A stretch of DNA of 62,712 bases, counting the filler, from Klebsormidium nitens (taxonomy: Eukaryota > Plantae > Klebsormidiophyceae), in assembly GCA_000708835.1 (NCBI GenBank). It is 4 parts of 4 records of this genome, joined end to end, with 100 filler letters (N's around TTAATTAATTAA, not from the genome) between each part and the next. Parts side by side here need not be neighbours in the genome. Positions count along the whole stretch, not along the records: positions 43,164 to 60,501 come from DF237821.1; 3 more parts are not named here. One strand, given 5' to 3'. The position numbers and the translations under genes are program-made. Shown piece after piece: positions 48,480 to 60,601 of this stretch (its first letter is position 1; every line of letters begins with the position of its first letter). A model generated the notes under the pieces. That model had not been told where the DNA came from. It ran no database searches and saw nothing but the letters and a program-made list of their open reading frames with translations.

Positions 48480-51400
48480 CTATCTGTCTAGCTTTGACGA
48501 TGTACTAAGCAGAAAGGACGCTCCAAGCCCTGCCTGTCGTTCTACCTGTCTTCTCCAATAATCCGCCACTGCTTCTGGCGCATTCACGACATATCTCTCG
48601 GGCTCCCAGGAGTTATGCTCGGGTCCATAACCCTTCCAGGCCACGAGATAAGACGCTCGAGGATGACGTCGCCCTCGGAATCGATGATGTAATATCGAAT
48701 CCACCTCGTACTCTAGAACACCTTCCATCTCAATTGGAAGCGGTGGGGGTTGTACTCGACCGTCAGCCCTGTACGGCTCAAGAAGAACACGTGAAACACA
48801 GGATGGATACGCCAACCCGGATTCATCTTCAACTTATACGCGACGGGACCCACAACTTGCACGACTTTCAATGGATCAATCCATTTTGGGAGAAGCTTTC
48901 GACGTCTTTCGCCGTGCTTTAAATTAAGGTGCTTCGTACTCAGAATAGCCTTATCCCCAACAGAGAACACTTTCTCCGTACGATGCTGACGGTCTGCCAA
49001 ACTTTTCTGTCTCTGTTCAGCTGCAATCAGACACTGGCGTGCAAAGGTGAGAGCAGACTGCCAACGCTCAACGAAAGCTTCAGACTTTGGGTGCCCAACC
49101 TCAAGCTTTTCACCCAGTGGAGTCCGTGGCTGAAAACCGAGGTTTAGGTAAAACGGTGTCTGATCTACAGAAGAGTGAAACGCGGAGTTATGGGCAAACT
49201 CTGCTCGTGACAACAGTATCCCAATCATTTGGCTCAAAAGAGACAAAATGACGTAAATACGTTTCCAGCGCTTGTGTTTGAATCACTCGTTCCGACTGAC
49301 CGTCAGTTTGTGGATGGAAAGAGGAAGACATAACGTGCCTAGTACCAATAAGCTCCGTTACTCCCTTCCAAAACGCACTCGTGAACCGAGTATCACGATC
49401 TGTAATAAAGTCCTTGCTCAGACCGTGAAACTTCCAAATCTGAACAATATAGAGCTTTGTTCTTCGCAGACGAGTCTTCTCGGCAAGCTACGAAATGCAC
49501 CATTTTCGTCAACTTGTCGACAAAGACACTAACACTGTCATTCCCTCGTTCCGTCTTGGGCAACTTAACAATAAAGTCAAACGTGCCAGTTTCCCAAGCT
49601 TTATCTGGAACAGGAAGAGGCTGCAATGCAGCAAAGGGCCTGTGGCAACGGGACTTATTTCTTTGGCACAAAACACAGCAGGAGACATATTTGATTACAT
49701 CCTCAGAGATGTCCACCAAAACAAACGAGCAACTGCCTTTCTGGTCGTCTCTATTCCATAGTGTCCCGAGTAAGGCGTATCATGATACTTTGCGACAATT
49801 TGCCTTCTCAGATCAACGTCGTCTGGGAAAACTATAAGAGAATTCCTTTTTAAGACAAGACCTCGCCAGGTGGTACTCAGCTGGTTTGAGTCCGCCCTGT
49901 TTGCATCTTGCTGAAATTTCTCAGACAACTCCCGACTACTGATAATCAGCNNNNNNNNNNNNNNNNNNNNNNNNNNNNNNNNNNNNNNNNNNNNNNNNNN
50001 NNNNNNNNNNNNNNNNNNNNNNNNNNNNNNNNNNNNNNNNNNNNNNNNNNNNNNNNNNNNNNNNNNNNNNNNNNNNNNNNNNNNNNNNNNNNNNNNNNNN
50101 NNNNNNNNNNNNNNNNNNNNNNNNNNNNNNNNNNNNNNNNNNNNNNNNNNNNNNNNNNNNNNNNNNNNNNNNNNNNNNNNNNNNNNNNNNNNNNNNNNNN
50201 NNNNNNNNNNNNNNNNNNNNNNNNNNNNNNNNNNNNNNNNNNNNNNNNNNNNNNNNNNNNNNNNNNNNNNNNNNNNNNNNNNNNNNNNNNNNNNNNNNNN
50301 NNNNNNNNNNNNNNNNNNNNNNNNNNNNNNNNNNNNNNNNNNNNNNNNNNNNNNNNNNNNNNNNNNNNNNNNNNNNNNNNNNNNNNNNNNNNNNNNNNNN
50401 NNNNNNNNNNNNNNNNNNNNNNNNNNNNNNNNNNNNNNNNNNNNNNNNNNNNNNNNNNNNNNNNNNNNNNNNNNNNNNNNNNNNNNNNNNNNNNNNNNNN
50501 NNNNNNNNNNNNNNNNNNNNNNNNNNNNNNNNNNNNNNNNNNNNNNNNNNNNNNNNNNNNNNNNNNNNNNNNNNNNNNNNNNNNNNNNNNNNNNNNNNNN
50601 NNNNNNNNNNNNNNNNNNNNNNNNNNNNNNNNNNNNNNNNNNNNNNNNNNNNNNNNNNNNNNNNNNNNNNNNNNNNNNNNNNNNNNNNNNNNNNNNNNNN
50701 NNNNNNNNNNNNNNNNNNNNNNNNNNNNNNNNNNNNNNNNNNNNNNNNNNNNNNCTGAGTCTGAAAGAAGGTATTCGACACGTGGTCTGTGAATACTGTA
50801 AACTCTGCTCCTTCCAGATAGCAACGCCACAGTCGCAAAGCATGAATAACAGCAAATGTCTCCTTCTCTGTGACTATATAAATAAGCTCTGCCGAGTTCA
50901 ACTTACGAGACTTAAAAGCAACAGGACGACCCTCTTGCAAAAGAACAGCACCAAGACCGTAATCAGAAGCATCCGTAACAACTTCATAGGGCTTCTTCTC
51001 ATCATGAGTCCTTAGCAACGTAGCCTCAATCACACTACGTTTCAGCTTCTCGAAAGCATCTTGACACCGTCCAGTCCAATCCCAGCTAACAGACTTTTTC
51101 GTCAAGTTCGTTAGAGGCACTGCTATTGACGAGTAGTGATCTATGAACTTGCGAAAATAATTACACAAACCAAGAAACCAACGAACATCATGAACGTTCT
51201 TGGGAACAGGCCAAGACTGAACAACTTCCACCTTCGTGGGATCGGGACGAATGCCTTGTGCATTAATTAACAATATGCCCCAAGTATTGAATCTCAGTCT
51301 GAGCGAATTTAGATTTAGCCTTCGTCACGTAAAACTTTTCACGACGCAAGACATCGAAAACCATTCGCACATGCGCCTGGTGCTCTTCCTCAAACTTCGA

Positions 51401-52873
51401 AAAGATAAGAATTTCATCTAAATACACGACGACAAACTTCTTCAGATAAGGTGAAAAGATCGAATTCATAACAGTCTGAAAGGTTGCCGGAGCATTTCGT
51501 CAGACCTTCGATCAACACTTTGAACTGAAAGTGACCAAACGGCGTAANNNNNNNNNNNNNNNNNNNNCTCTGTGACTGTATAGTTAAGCTCTGCCGAGTT
51601 TAACTTACGAGACTTAAAAGCAACAGGACGACCCTCTTGCAGAAAAACAGCACCAAGACCGTAATCAGAAGCATCCGTAACAACCTCGTAGAGCTTCTTT
51701 TCATCAGGAGTCCTAAGCAACGGAGCTTCAATCAGACTACGTTTCAGCTTCTCAAAAGCGTCTTGACACCGTCCAGTCCAATCCCAGCCAACAGACTTTT
51801 TCGTCAAGTTCGTTAGAGGCACTGCTATGGATGAGTAGTGATCTATGAACTTGCGAAAATAATTACACAAACCAAGAAACGAACGTACGTCATGAACGTT
51901 CTTGGGAACGTGCCAAGACTGAACAGCTTCCACCTTCTTGGGATCGGGACGAATGCCATGTGCATTAACAATATGCCCCAAGTACTGAATCTCAGTCTGA
52001 GCGAATTTAGATTTAGCCTTCGTCACGTAAAACTTTTCGCGACGCAGGACATCTTAAACCATACGCACATGCGCCTGGTGCTCTTCCTCAGAGTTCGAGA
52101 AGATAATAATGTCATCTAAATACACGACGACAAACTTCTTCAGATAAGGTGAAAAGATCGAATTCATAACTGTCTGAAACGTTGCCGGAGCATTCGTCAG
52201 ACCTTCGATCAACACTTTGAACTGAAAGTGACCAAACGGCGTACGAAAAGCAGTCTTCGGACGATCCTCTTCCGAGATCAAAATCGATGGTAACCAGACG
52301 TAAGATCAAGNNNNNNNNNNNNNNNNNNNNNNNNNNNNNNNNNNNNNNNNNNNNNNNNNNNNNNNNNNNNNNCTGCAGCTGCCTTTCCGGAAAACATCGT
52401 CCGTGGCGTCTTACTTGGCTTCGAGCCCTTTCGAGCGGCTGACAGAATACTTTCTGTGAGTAAACCTGCTTAGCAGACACTTTGTCAACAACAGAAGCAA
52501 GATACAATACTCGTAGCTTCTCTAGACTTCGAACAACCTGCCACGTGTCATCTGGCTGCAGTTGACGGACCAAACCGCCTTTAGGAACCGTCAGTATAAC
52601 AGAGAAATCCTTTAACATTGGCAAAGGCACAGGCATGCTATCACGAATCAAAACACATGCTGGCGTGGCAGTAGGATTATCATCAAACGCAGAATGGAAA
52701 TGCCTAACACATTCTGTCAAATGTTTGACCGAACTGGCACTTAACCACACGTGCTTGCCTGAAATCGAAGATGAAAGGAAGTCTGAGTTAGGACATACAT
52801 CTGTGGAAATAGAATCCTCAGAACGACGAACTCCCATATCAAAGATACGACCAGTAATGTTTGATATGTTCAA
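48480..52873 (-). pseudogene. pol: Chromovirus pol: RT, RNase H, integrase, chromodomain
   Basis: KTAFRTPFGHFQFKVL..GLTNAPATFQ, VVVYLDDI, TDASDYGLGAVLLQ, YHDTPYSGHYG, CVLCQRNK, FDFIVKLP, HSSVDQTPF, GPVAYKL, and YEVDSIL...YLVAWKGYGPEHNSWEP. Confidence 0.92.
50866..52243 (-). repeat. Tandem ~680-bp near-duplicate of the RT/RH segment around a 21-N gap
   Basis: 50866-51546 and 51568-52243 are colinear with scattered substitutions. Probably an assembly overlap or a chimera of paralogues. Confidence 0.75.
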
Positions 52874-52913
52874 GAAGTCTTCTTCTCACAGATCTAACAC
52901 ATAGTTATCAACA

Positions 52914-54170
52914 CTAGACAACAGTCCTGCACTGCCTAGCGTTTCTGAAAATCCTTTCTACCCTTCTTCTTTTTCTTTCCATTGTTGCTGCTATGCTGAG
53001 GCTCCTCAGTACAGTCTGCTGCATTATGGGATGGCTTCCCGCAGTTGTGGCACAGGCGGTTCGCCATGTTGTGAGCGTACTGCTCGTCCGAAAAGGCACA
53101 GCAGACAGCCGCGCCTTCGACGTCATCCCGGAGCCACTTCCGGACGCCTTACGTTTGCCAGCCACCAACTTGGTGGACTGTGCAGGCTTCAAGCGTTCCT
53201 CGATCATGGGCCACTGCAAAGTAGCATACTGCATAAGATCACGCAGAGGATTCCAACGAGTACCATTGGGAGACGTTCTGCACAACTCCTTTAGATCCAC
53301 TTGGAGACCAGACCGATACTTTTCGATCTTGATCTGCTCGTTTGTAATCTCAGCGGCAAGGTTAGTAGCAGCTTGCTCGAAAGCAACGTTGTACACATCC
53401 ACACTTGAGGAACCCTACTTGAGATTATTCCAGGTATCCCAATAAGACTGAGCGGGAGTCCGCAGACCATACCCACGAGTCATGGTGTCCCTGAAAAACC
53501 GACGAGCATTCTGAGGATGCAATCCTGGGTTCGCACGTTGATACACAGCATACTGGGAAGACCAATACGATCTTGGCTTCCCATTCGGATATGAAGACGT
53601 CAGGCGCAAATACTCAGCGTTAGGCGTGCTCCGAAGATACTCTTCGATCTGATCGAACCATTCCAAAATGGGCGGGTTGCTCGCCTCATTCTCCCACTTG
53701 GAAGGAGGCGAGGCCTTTACCCGCCCTGCAGCAGCTGCAACAGCCTGGGCCTGAGTAGCAGCAGCAGCCGCAGCTTGCTGCTGTGCTTGTGCAGCCGTAG
53801 CCTGAGCCTGCTGCAACTGGCCCTGCATCGCTGTACGATCAGCGTGATTACGATTATCACGCTTCAGCAACACAGAGATCCTAATGGCGTCACTGCCATG
53901 TGTCAGGGCCTCCGTCTCAGCCGCAATCCTGGCAGGATTTGTCAGAAGACCATTATAGTACTGGTCAAACTGGGCAACCGTCATAGCCGCAAAGTTTGGC
54001 AAGTTGGCCGCCATAGCTAAAGATTCCCCTGAATCAATAGACTGACTCCCCACCTCCCGACTGACAGGAGTGATATACACAGATTGAGAGCTACCCCCAA
54101 CAACCTGACAATAGGAAGGAGGCACGTCACTCTCAGATGGCAGATCGGGAACACTTTCCCAATCCTCCAA
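52914..54170 (-). pseudogene. gag: Chromovirus gag (stop and frameshift), with CCHC knuckle
   Basis: PPSKW...EWFDQIEEYL...RSYWSS...QSYWDTWNNLK*, then MDVYNVAFEQ...EKYRSGLQ. The knuckle CHNCGKPSHNAADC is in a shifted frame. Confidence 0.8.
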
Positions 54171-54425
54171 AATAGCACTTTCCTCTTCGCCAGAGACCTT
54201 CTCCTTCCCTTTGCGTGAAGTCTACAAGACTGCAGCCTCAGGACTAAGAGCACTCGTGGAAGCCTTCGCAGATGCTTCCTCCTCAGAGTCTTTGCCAATC
54301 GCTAACTTAGAGATCGTAAAACACAGATCCGTAATCCGATCAAGAGACGAAGCGATGCACTCCTTCTTCGACATGGACCCAAATCCAATCTCGCAAGAGA
54401 TTAGAACACAAACCTCTGATACCAA

Positions 54426-54984
54426 TGTGATGGTTGGCCAGCTATATGCGAAGTGCTGGCTGAGTTACACGACACGATCAGCAACCATGTGCGGACACCA
54501 TGGAAGCAGACGTTCTCAAGCGATGGCGCAGCTCAGAAAAATTGTCGTCTTTCTGCCCAAGACAACTTCTGTCCTCTTGTTGGACAAGTCCCTCAGAACA
54601 TCCTTCAAGATTCCAGAGTCTTGTTTATGCCTGCGTTCAGTCAATCACGAATCGTAGAGAGGCAGACTTGGGCAAAGCCCATGGCTGCGTCTAGTCATCT
54701 CCATGACGTCCTTCGAGCGTGGCAAATAGCATACTTCTGACTTCAAAATAGAGCGTCCTGCGCCATGCCAAGCAATCCTGGTCATGCAAGAGACATGCTA
54801 GTCTAGTAGCTCTACCTATACTACTGTCGACGTATCCAATAATAACTGTTATCGAATATTACTTCGACACTTGCCACGTGTCACAACACGACAGTGGACT
54901 TCACTTGCCACATGTCACTAGGTGACAGCGGACTTAACCTCGTGCGTTAGAGCGATTAGACTTAACCATAGCCCAAACGTCACA
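54426..54984 (-). repeat. 5' LTR of the chromovirus (559 bp)
   Basis: Aligns to the interrupted left LTR with about 30 substitutions and one 9-bp indel (counted by eye). Confidence 0.93.
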
Positions 54985-56400
54985 GTCTGGCCCTAACTGG
55001 GCCTCACTGTCCGACCTGTCGCTGGTCAAACCATCCGTGCTGGCAGCATTTCGGTACCCGTACAAGGGTTTTTGAATTCCAAACAGGTCGCTTACAAATT
55101 TTTCACCCGGAATCTCAGCCTCAAGATCCGGACTCTGCACCACTTGCGACGTCGGCAGCTGATACTCAGCCTTTCCCTCATACCTGGAGTCCGTTTGGGC
55201 AAGCTCCCGAAACGACTGAGGCAACTCGCTATCTCCACATGCGCCATGCGCCTTTTCAAGCGTCTTTGGCGGGGCTCCCGGCGGTCTCGGTCTCACCTTG
55301 ATCAGCTAAAACCTGAAACGGATCGTACTCCAGGTCCTTCCCCCCTCTGAGACGCGCAGTGGAAGTGGCGTCGCAGGGCAGGAAGTTCAGCGGCATGTTG
55401 CCATGGACGCCCTTCAACCTCTGCGTCTCAGACGACCGCCATTTCTTCTCCGTACCTGCAGCAAGAGCAGGAACAAGGGGTTCGTTCAGCTCAATGACCT
55501 CACCCGTGTAGGCGTCGGCAGGACCGTCCCACCCAGACTGTTTTGCCTGCCAATCTTCATAGGCTGTCTGCTTGTCTGCTGCGGACATGCTCGCAAAGTC
55601 AGCCTCCGTAGCTTTCTTTGCCGATTGCGCATGCTTGACTTGCGGCTTCTCCCTAGCAAAGTTTGGCGCCAGTTCTGAATGCAGTGCCCAGCATTGCTCT
55701 GTCGAGTGAGTGTTAATGTTGTGGTGCGAGCACCACGGCTTTTCCTTCTCCCTCTTCGACATCTTGCCGCCAGCTTGCCGCTTCGTGCAGTCCCTTGAAA
55801 TGTGGCTTGTCTCGCCACATGTGTAACACGCCTTATCTGCGTAGCCCTCGGATTGGCAAAACGCGCAACAGAGGTGATTGGCTTGGCGGGCTTGGGCTTT
55901 CCCCGTGGGGGATGGGGACACGCGTACTGCAAGTGGTTAGGGTCGCCGCAGTTATGACATGCTTGCGTGTCTTTGCGGACCCACCACCAAAAATACTGCT
56001 GCCAGACTTGTTGCTCACATTGTCAGAGTGACTGGATTTGCCTGTTCAGAGTTCCTTTTCACTGCGTCCGCGTTCAATTTGGAGCGCTATGTTGGACACT
56101 TGGTCAACCGTCCACAGGTTCGGATCCAAATGCAGGTGATTCAAATGACTCTCGACTTCGCTGGCCATGTGCTTGGCCTTGACACAGTCTAGCAGCTTGA
56201 ACACGCTTTTCTGCTCGGGTTGGTTGAGAGTGACCATGAGGAACTTCATTCTCTGAAACATGTTCGCCAGCGACTCTCCCTTGTTCTGCGTGAACAGGTT
56301 GTACTCGCTTATCTTGGCGCTCGAACGTTCATGATACAACATCGGAAGGGTGAGCCCCAGCTACCGCAGCGCCGTCAAGGCGCTGCGACAATTCAAGTGT
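54985..56400 (-). pseudogene. Older retroelement gag-like ORF (frameshifted), host of the chromovirus
   Basis: Retrotransposon-gag-like YNLFTQNKGESLANMFQRMK; knuckles CAFCQSEGYADKAC, CYTCGETSHISRDC and WCSHHNINTHSTEQC. Removing the chromovirus restores the frame ...AQLGPD|TLGKVPDTSLTG. Confidence 0.75.
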
Positions 56401-57460
56401 TCAGCGCCGCGAAAGCGCTTCCCGAAAGCTGCGGGGCAAATTCTGGACGCCGATTCTCGATCGTAATTTTCATCGACGGTGAAATTTTAAATTTGGCAAA
56501 TTTTGCCGCACGTGCGCGCGAGTCGACAGGCTGCGACGGCGCAAGTGTGTAACACCCTCGCGTCGCTGCGAAGGCATTCACGCTTTCGCGTCGGTCGCCG
56601 TGGCGACCCGGCGGCGCTGCCCGGTTATTCAGGAAATCGCCCGGTTTGCAGCAACGCCGCGACAGCGACTTCGAAGCTTGCTCTCAACCTTCCGATGAAC
56701 TCCTCAAGCATTGCCCAGAACCTTTCCATTGGCTGAAAGTACAGCTTCTCAAAAGCAGGTGCCACTGGCGGTACAGGCCGCACTGTGTCACCGCGCTTAG
56801 CCTAAGTTTTACCATCCCACAACTCACACTCAAGTTGCCAAGCCCTAGTGCGCGTCGCAAATTGGGCCCGTGCTGGCGCATTTGCAGCTGACAGCTCCAC
56901 CTCCATTGTACTCTCCAAATGGAACACCCGTTCTCGTGCCCCTCCTCCCAACTGCAAGGTGGAACCGGTCATTGTCATTCAACAGCTCTTCTGACTGTGG
57001 CTTGAGTTTTAATTCTACCTCCTTAGCCCTCCACGCCTGGCGGAGACTTTGTAAACTCGGACCTGCAGGATCACCAGTAAAGACCACCCCCCCGGGACGG
57101 AAAGTACTACTAATAGTATTGTCCATGTCGTCAAGTCCTTCAAAGAACAGACTTTGAAACGGAAAAAGCGACTCTTCCCTAAAGCCGTGGCTGCTTTGAT
57201 CGACCTCGATTCGATGCTCACTGCCCGATTCCCTTTAGAAGACTGACTTCCTCTTGCCTAGGCGCAACGCGTCTGGAGCACAAGTCGTACCCCCCAGAGT
57301 GAGGACCACTCATGAGATTGACAGCAAGACCGTCTACCACCAAACGAGGCCACCAAACAGAGTTTATGTGCTGATAAATATCGGGCCCATTGTGCAGCTG
57401 AGAAGCTGCCACAACGTGGTCAGGTCGACCGTTCCAAGTCAACTCCAAGTACCAGTGCCT

Positions 57461-57590
57461 AGCAAGCCAAAGCAAGCTGTCCGTCCATGAACCAAAGTTC
57501 ACTGTCCGCCCTAGCAAGCCGAAGCAAGCTGTCCGTCCGAGCAAGCCGAAGCAAGCTGTTCAACCGAGCAAACCGAAGTTCGTTGTTCGA
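57461..57590 (+). repeat. 27-bp tandem repeat (encodes PSKPKQAVR-like units)
   Basis: AGCAAGCC[G/A]AAGCAAGCTGTCCGTCC units at 57461, 57513, 57540 and 57567. Confidence 0.8.
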
Positions 57591-59844
57591 CAAACCGGGC
57601 AGAAAGCTCCCGGCCGGCAAGTGGCACTGGTCTACTTGCCTCCACAATCCCTTCCGCGGGATATCACCCCCTGGTCTCGCAGCGTTTTGCTTTGAGAACG
57701 CAGGTTTCGGTAGTCAGGTGAGTCCCGCGGTGTAACTGCAAGTAGGCGTAAAAGTGACACGCTCAAGCAGAAACAGCGGGACGGTCACACGACCCAAGAA
57801 AGCAACCACAATGTCTTTCCTCACCCCTAGCGACGGGACTTGGGAAGGGTGATGCGGATGCCGTTGCCAAACTCAATGATGGCAGCGTCGCTGTCCTTGG
57901 CAGGTGAGCGACGTGGTGGCGTCCGATCACGTGGCGTGGGCGGCGACCTCGAGGCGCGGCGGGGAGCGAGAACGTTGGCGCTGAACTGGTGCAAGGCCCC
58001 CGTCGCGTCCCCTATCGCACGCGTTGTTGTTGATGGCGCGTTCACCGCGCCCACGGCCACCACCGGCAATGGGTGCAGGTGCGCGCACTGCTGCAGGCCT
58101 GCCTTGGGCAATGCCTGGTACTGGTCCGGGCCCGGCTGCGGCAATGCGTGCGCGCTCCTCGCGGGAGNNNNNNNNNNNNNNNNNNNNTCACGATGCAAAC
58201 CACTCCCTCCTCCCTCAAGACTACCGGCAACTCCGGAAGCAGCACTCGCGCGCGAGTCCACAAGCATGGGATCCCAACCCCGCGCTCCCGTTTCGGCGGC
58301 GCCACGTAGGTGCCGTCAGACTTGGACTTGTTGATGATGCGCTGCCGCTCGCGGAAACCTTCAAGCACGTCTTGAGTGCCGAGGAAACGGAGCCCAAGCT
58401 CAACGTCAAACACCTCCTTGGTGGGTTCAGCGTTACGCTCGTTCTTCTCGGTCGTTGTAGCCATGAGGCCACACTCCGGCGCCACCATCCTGCATTGCTA
58501 AGGACTGCCATGATGGCGCACAGTCAGCTTCAGCGCGATGCGCGCTAAGGGTCAGACATGTGCTCAATATGCATCCTCAGTCAGGCGCCATTGCGCTAAG
58601 CAGGCGTGCGCCTGTCCCTCACAAGCATGCACCTTTAGAAAGCTGTCAAAGTGCTGCTCAAACAGAAGCGCAAGAACAGCGGCGTGGATCTGAAACTCTG
58701 CCCTCAGCAAAATGCAACAGCGGCAAATCAGCCCGTAACGCCCCGATCCAAGCGGCAATGTGCAGCAAACACCTAGCAAAACCTTGGCTGTCTTACGGCG
58801 CACTTCCTGACGTAACGTGGCTCCAAAATCAGAATTTTCCTGCCTCGTAACTCAAAGGTCTGAAATCATGCAACGCGGCCAATGCCTTGTCACCGCACAA
58901 GATGCAACTTACTGAGGGTGCCCCTGCTGGTCCGTAAGGTGTCATGTGTACCGCTGTCCCTGAAATCAGCCTTTGGTCTCCTTTCAAAAGGGAAACCCTA
59001 CGTAAGTCAAAGTGCCGGAACGTCTAAAATCCATGCCACCTCAACCCAACTAGCTCCACAATGCAACCAAGCTCAAACCAAAGCATGATCTACTTGCAAG
59101 TCGAAGGAGAAAGCCTCCTGGGCTCGTGGCTACCGGGGCGGTCTCTCAAGACATGCATTTGCACGGACGCAATGGTTTTAAGACAAGGTGAGTCACGGGA
59201 GAATGATATATCATGCTAAGAAACCACATGTATCAATGAGAATACATGAGAAGCACCGGAGACAGTACCTTCACTTCAATGAACAGCCCTTCCAAAAGAA
59301 GCGGCTCCTTCCTCTTCTTCTCTCCTTCAAGGTCACTTGCAAGTAGATGTCTAAGAGTTGGTTGGGAGCTCCTTTATAGCTAGGCATGTTACTTGGGTAG
59401 TCATTATCCAACCGGTTACACAAAGACAACTTGGCACAAGTGTGTCACATGTTTATATTGTTAACCGACTACTAACCCCTACTAAATCGGCTAGCCACGG
59501 GCAAGCATTGTATTATCCAATAAAATACCGTTTAATATGGTTAACACCGAGTATCGAACTCGGCTCGGTTTACTACGAATTAGCTATATATTTCGTGAAC
59601 CCCGGATTTAGGGTGATTCGGCCGACTTGAAAGCTAAATCGACGAAGAAAATAGGGCCACAATCGGGCCAGCGTCCGATGATCCCGAATTAAGGCTAAAA
59701 AGTCGGATAGCGCCAACCCGCAGCTCGGGGGGCGAGAATATCCCAAGGGGCAAAGAAACCCAAAGAAAGCGAGGGGCCAGGGAGGCCCAGGGCGGAGGAC
59801 GGAGAGTTTTTGCTGAAGAAGGTGCCGGCGCACAAGAGGAGGCG

Positions 59845-60501
59845 GTGGAGACAGAAGGGCTGAGCTCGCTCGCGCTCGGCGGACAAGAAGTAGGGCCTGA
59901 GTGGTTGGAAGCGGTGCCGGCGGCGGCGGTTGGTCCAAATTCCAAGGAGAAAGGTGCGGAGCATTTGAGAAGAACGCGGAAGAGCCATTCGAGTGGGGAT
60001 CGAGCTGAGCAGATCTGGCCGGGGTTGAGCGAGGCGCAGAGAGAGCGGGTCGTGGAGCTGCTCGAGGCATTTCGGAGCATCTTCGCCTGGACGATCTACG
60101 ACCTCAGCGACACGTCGATAGAGGGGGTGGAGTTCGAAGTGGAGTTCACAGACGACAAGCCCATCTTTGCGCCCCGCCGGCGGTTCTCCCAGTACGAACA
60201 CGAGCTGCTCAAGCCCTACTGCGACGAGCGGGAGGCGGCGAAGCTGATAACGAGGCTGCAGCTGCCGACGGGGGGGAAGGAGCCAAACTGCGCGCCGACG
60301 GTGATTGCACGAAAGAAGGACGCTGAGGGGAACTGGACAGAGCGGCGGATCTGCAAGGACTACCGGGCTGGCACAACGACAAGACGGTGCTGGACAAGTA
60401 CCCCATGCCGGTGGCGGACGAGTTGTTTGACGACCTGGGGGGGAGCGATTTTCTCAACCCTGGACCTGCGGATGGGGTACCATCAGATCCTCAACCGGGA
60501 T
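59845..60501 (+). pseudogene. Ty3/gypsy reverse transcriptase N-terminal fragment, truncated by the scaffold end
   Basis: LSEAQRERVVELLEAFRSIFAW...DDKPIFAPRRRFS...RRICKDYR, then after a frameshift KYPMPVADELFDDLGG and IFSTLDLRMGYHQI. Confidence 0.85.
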
Positions 60502-60601
60502 NNNNNNNNNNNNNNNNNNNNNNNNNNNNNNNNNNNNNNNNNNNNTTAATTAATTAANNNNNNNNNNNNNNNNNNNNNNNNNNNNNNNNNNNNNNNNNNN
60601 N
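60502..60601. other. Artificial scaffold-joining linker
   Basis: N44-TTAATTAATTAA-N44. Confidence 0.98.

Larger units (their letters stand above)
45188..54984 (-). mobile_element. Ty3/gypsy chromovirus LTR retrotransposon, full length, degenerate
   Basis: LTRs at 54426-54984 and 45188-45637 plus 48207-48306 (TG...CA). 5-bp TSD GTCTG at 45183-45187 and 54985-54989. PBS TGGTATCAGAGG (tRNA-iMet type) at 54424-54413; PPT beside 48307. Order gag-RT-RH-INT-chromodomain, with frameshifts and N gaps. Confidence 0.95.

Noticed and set aside
49936-50855. Long ORFs of 294-445 aa in the ORF track
   Set aside because: They are artefacts of translation through an ~800-nt N gap.
50866-52243. Duplicated RT/RH segment as a double-RT element
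   Set aside because: The copies abut a short N gap, which is typical of unmerged or paralogous contig overlap. It cannot be trusted without long reads.
57461-57590. Short regularly spaced repeats (also 35460-35672 and 62628-62691) as a CRISPR-like array
   Set aside because: These are head-to-tail tandem units with no unique spacers, in a eukaryotic context with no cas genes.
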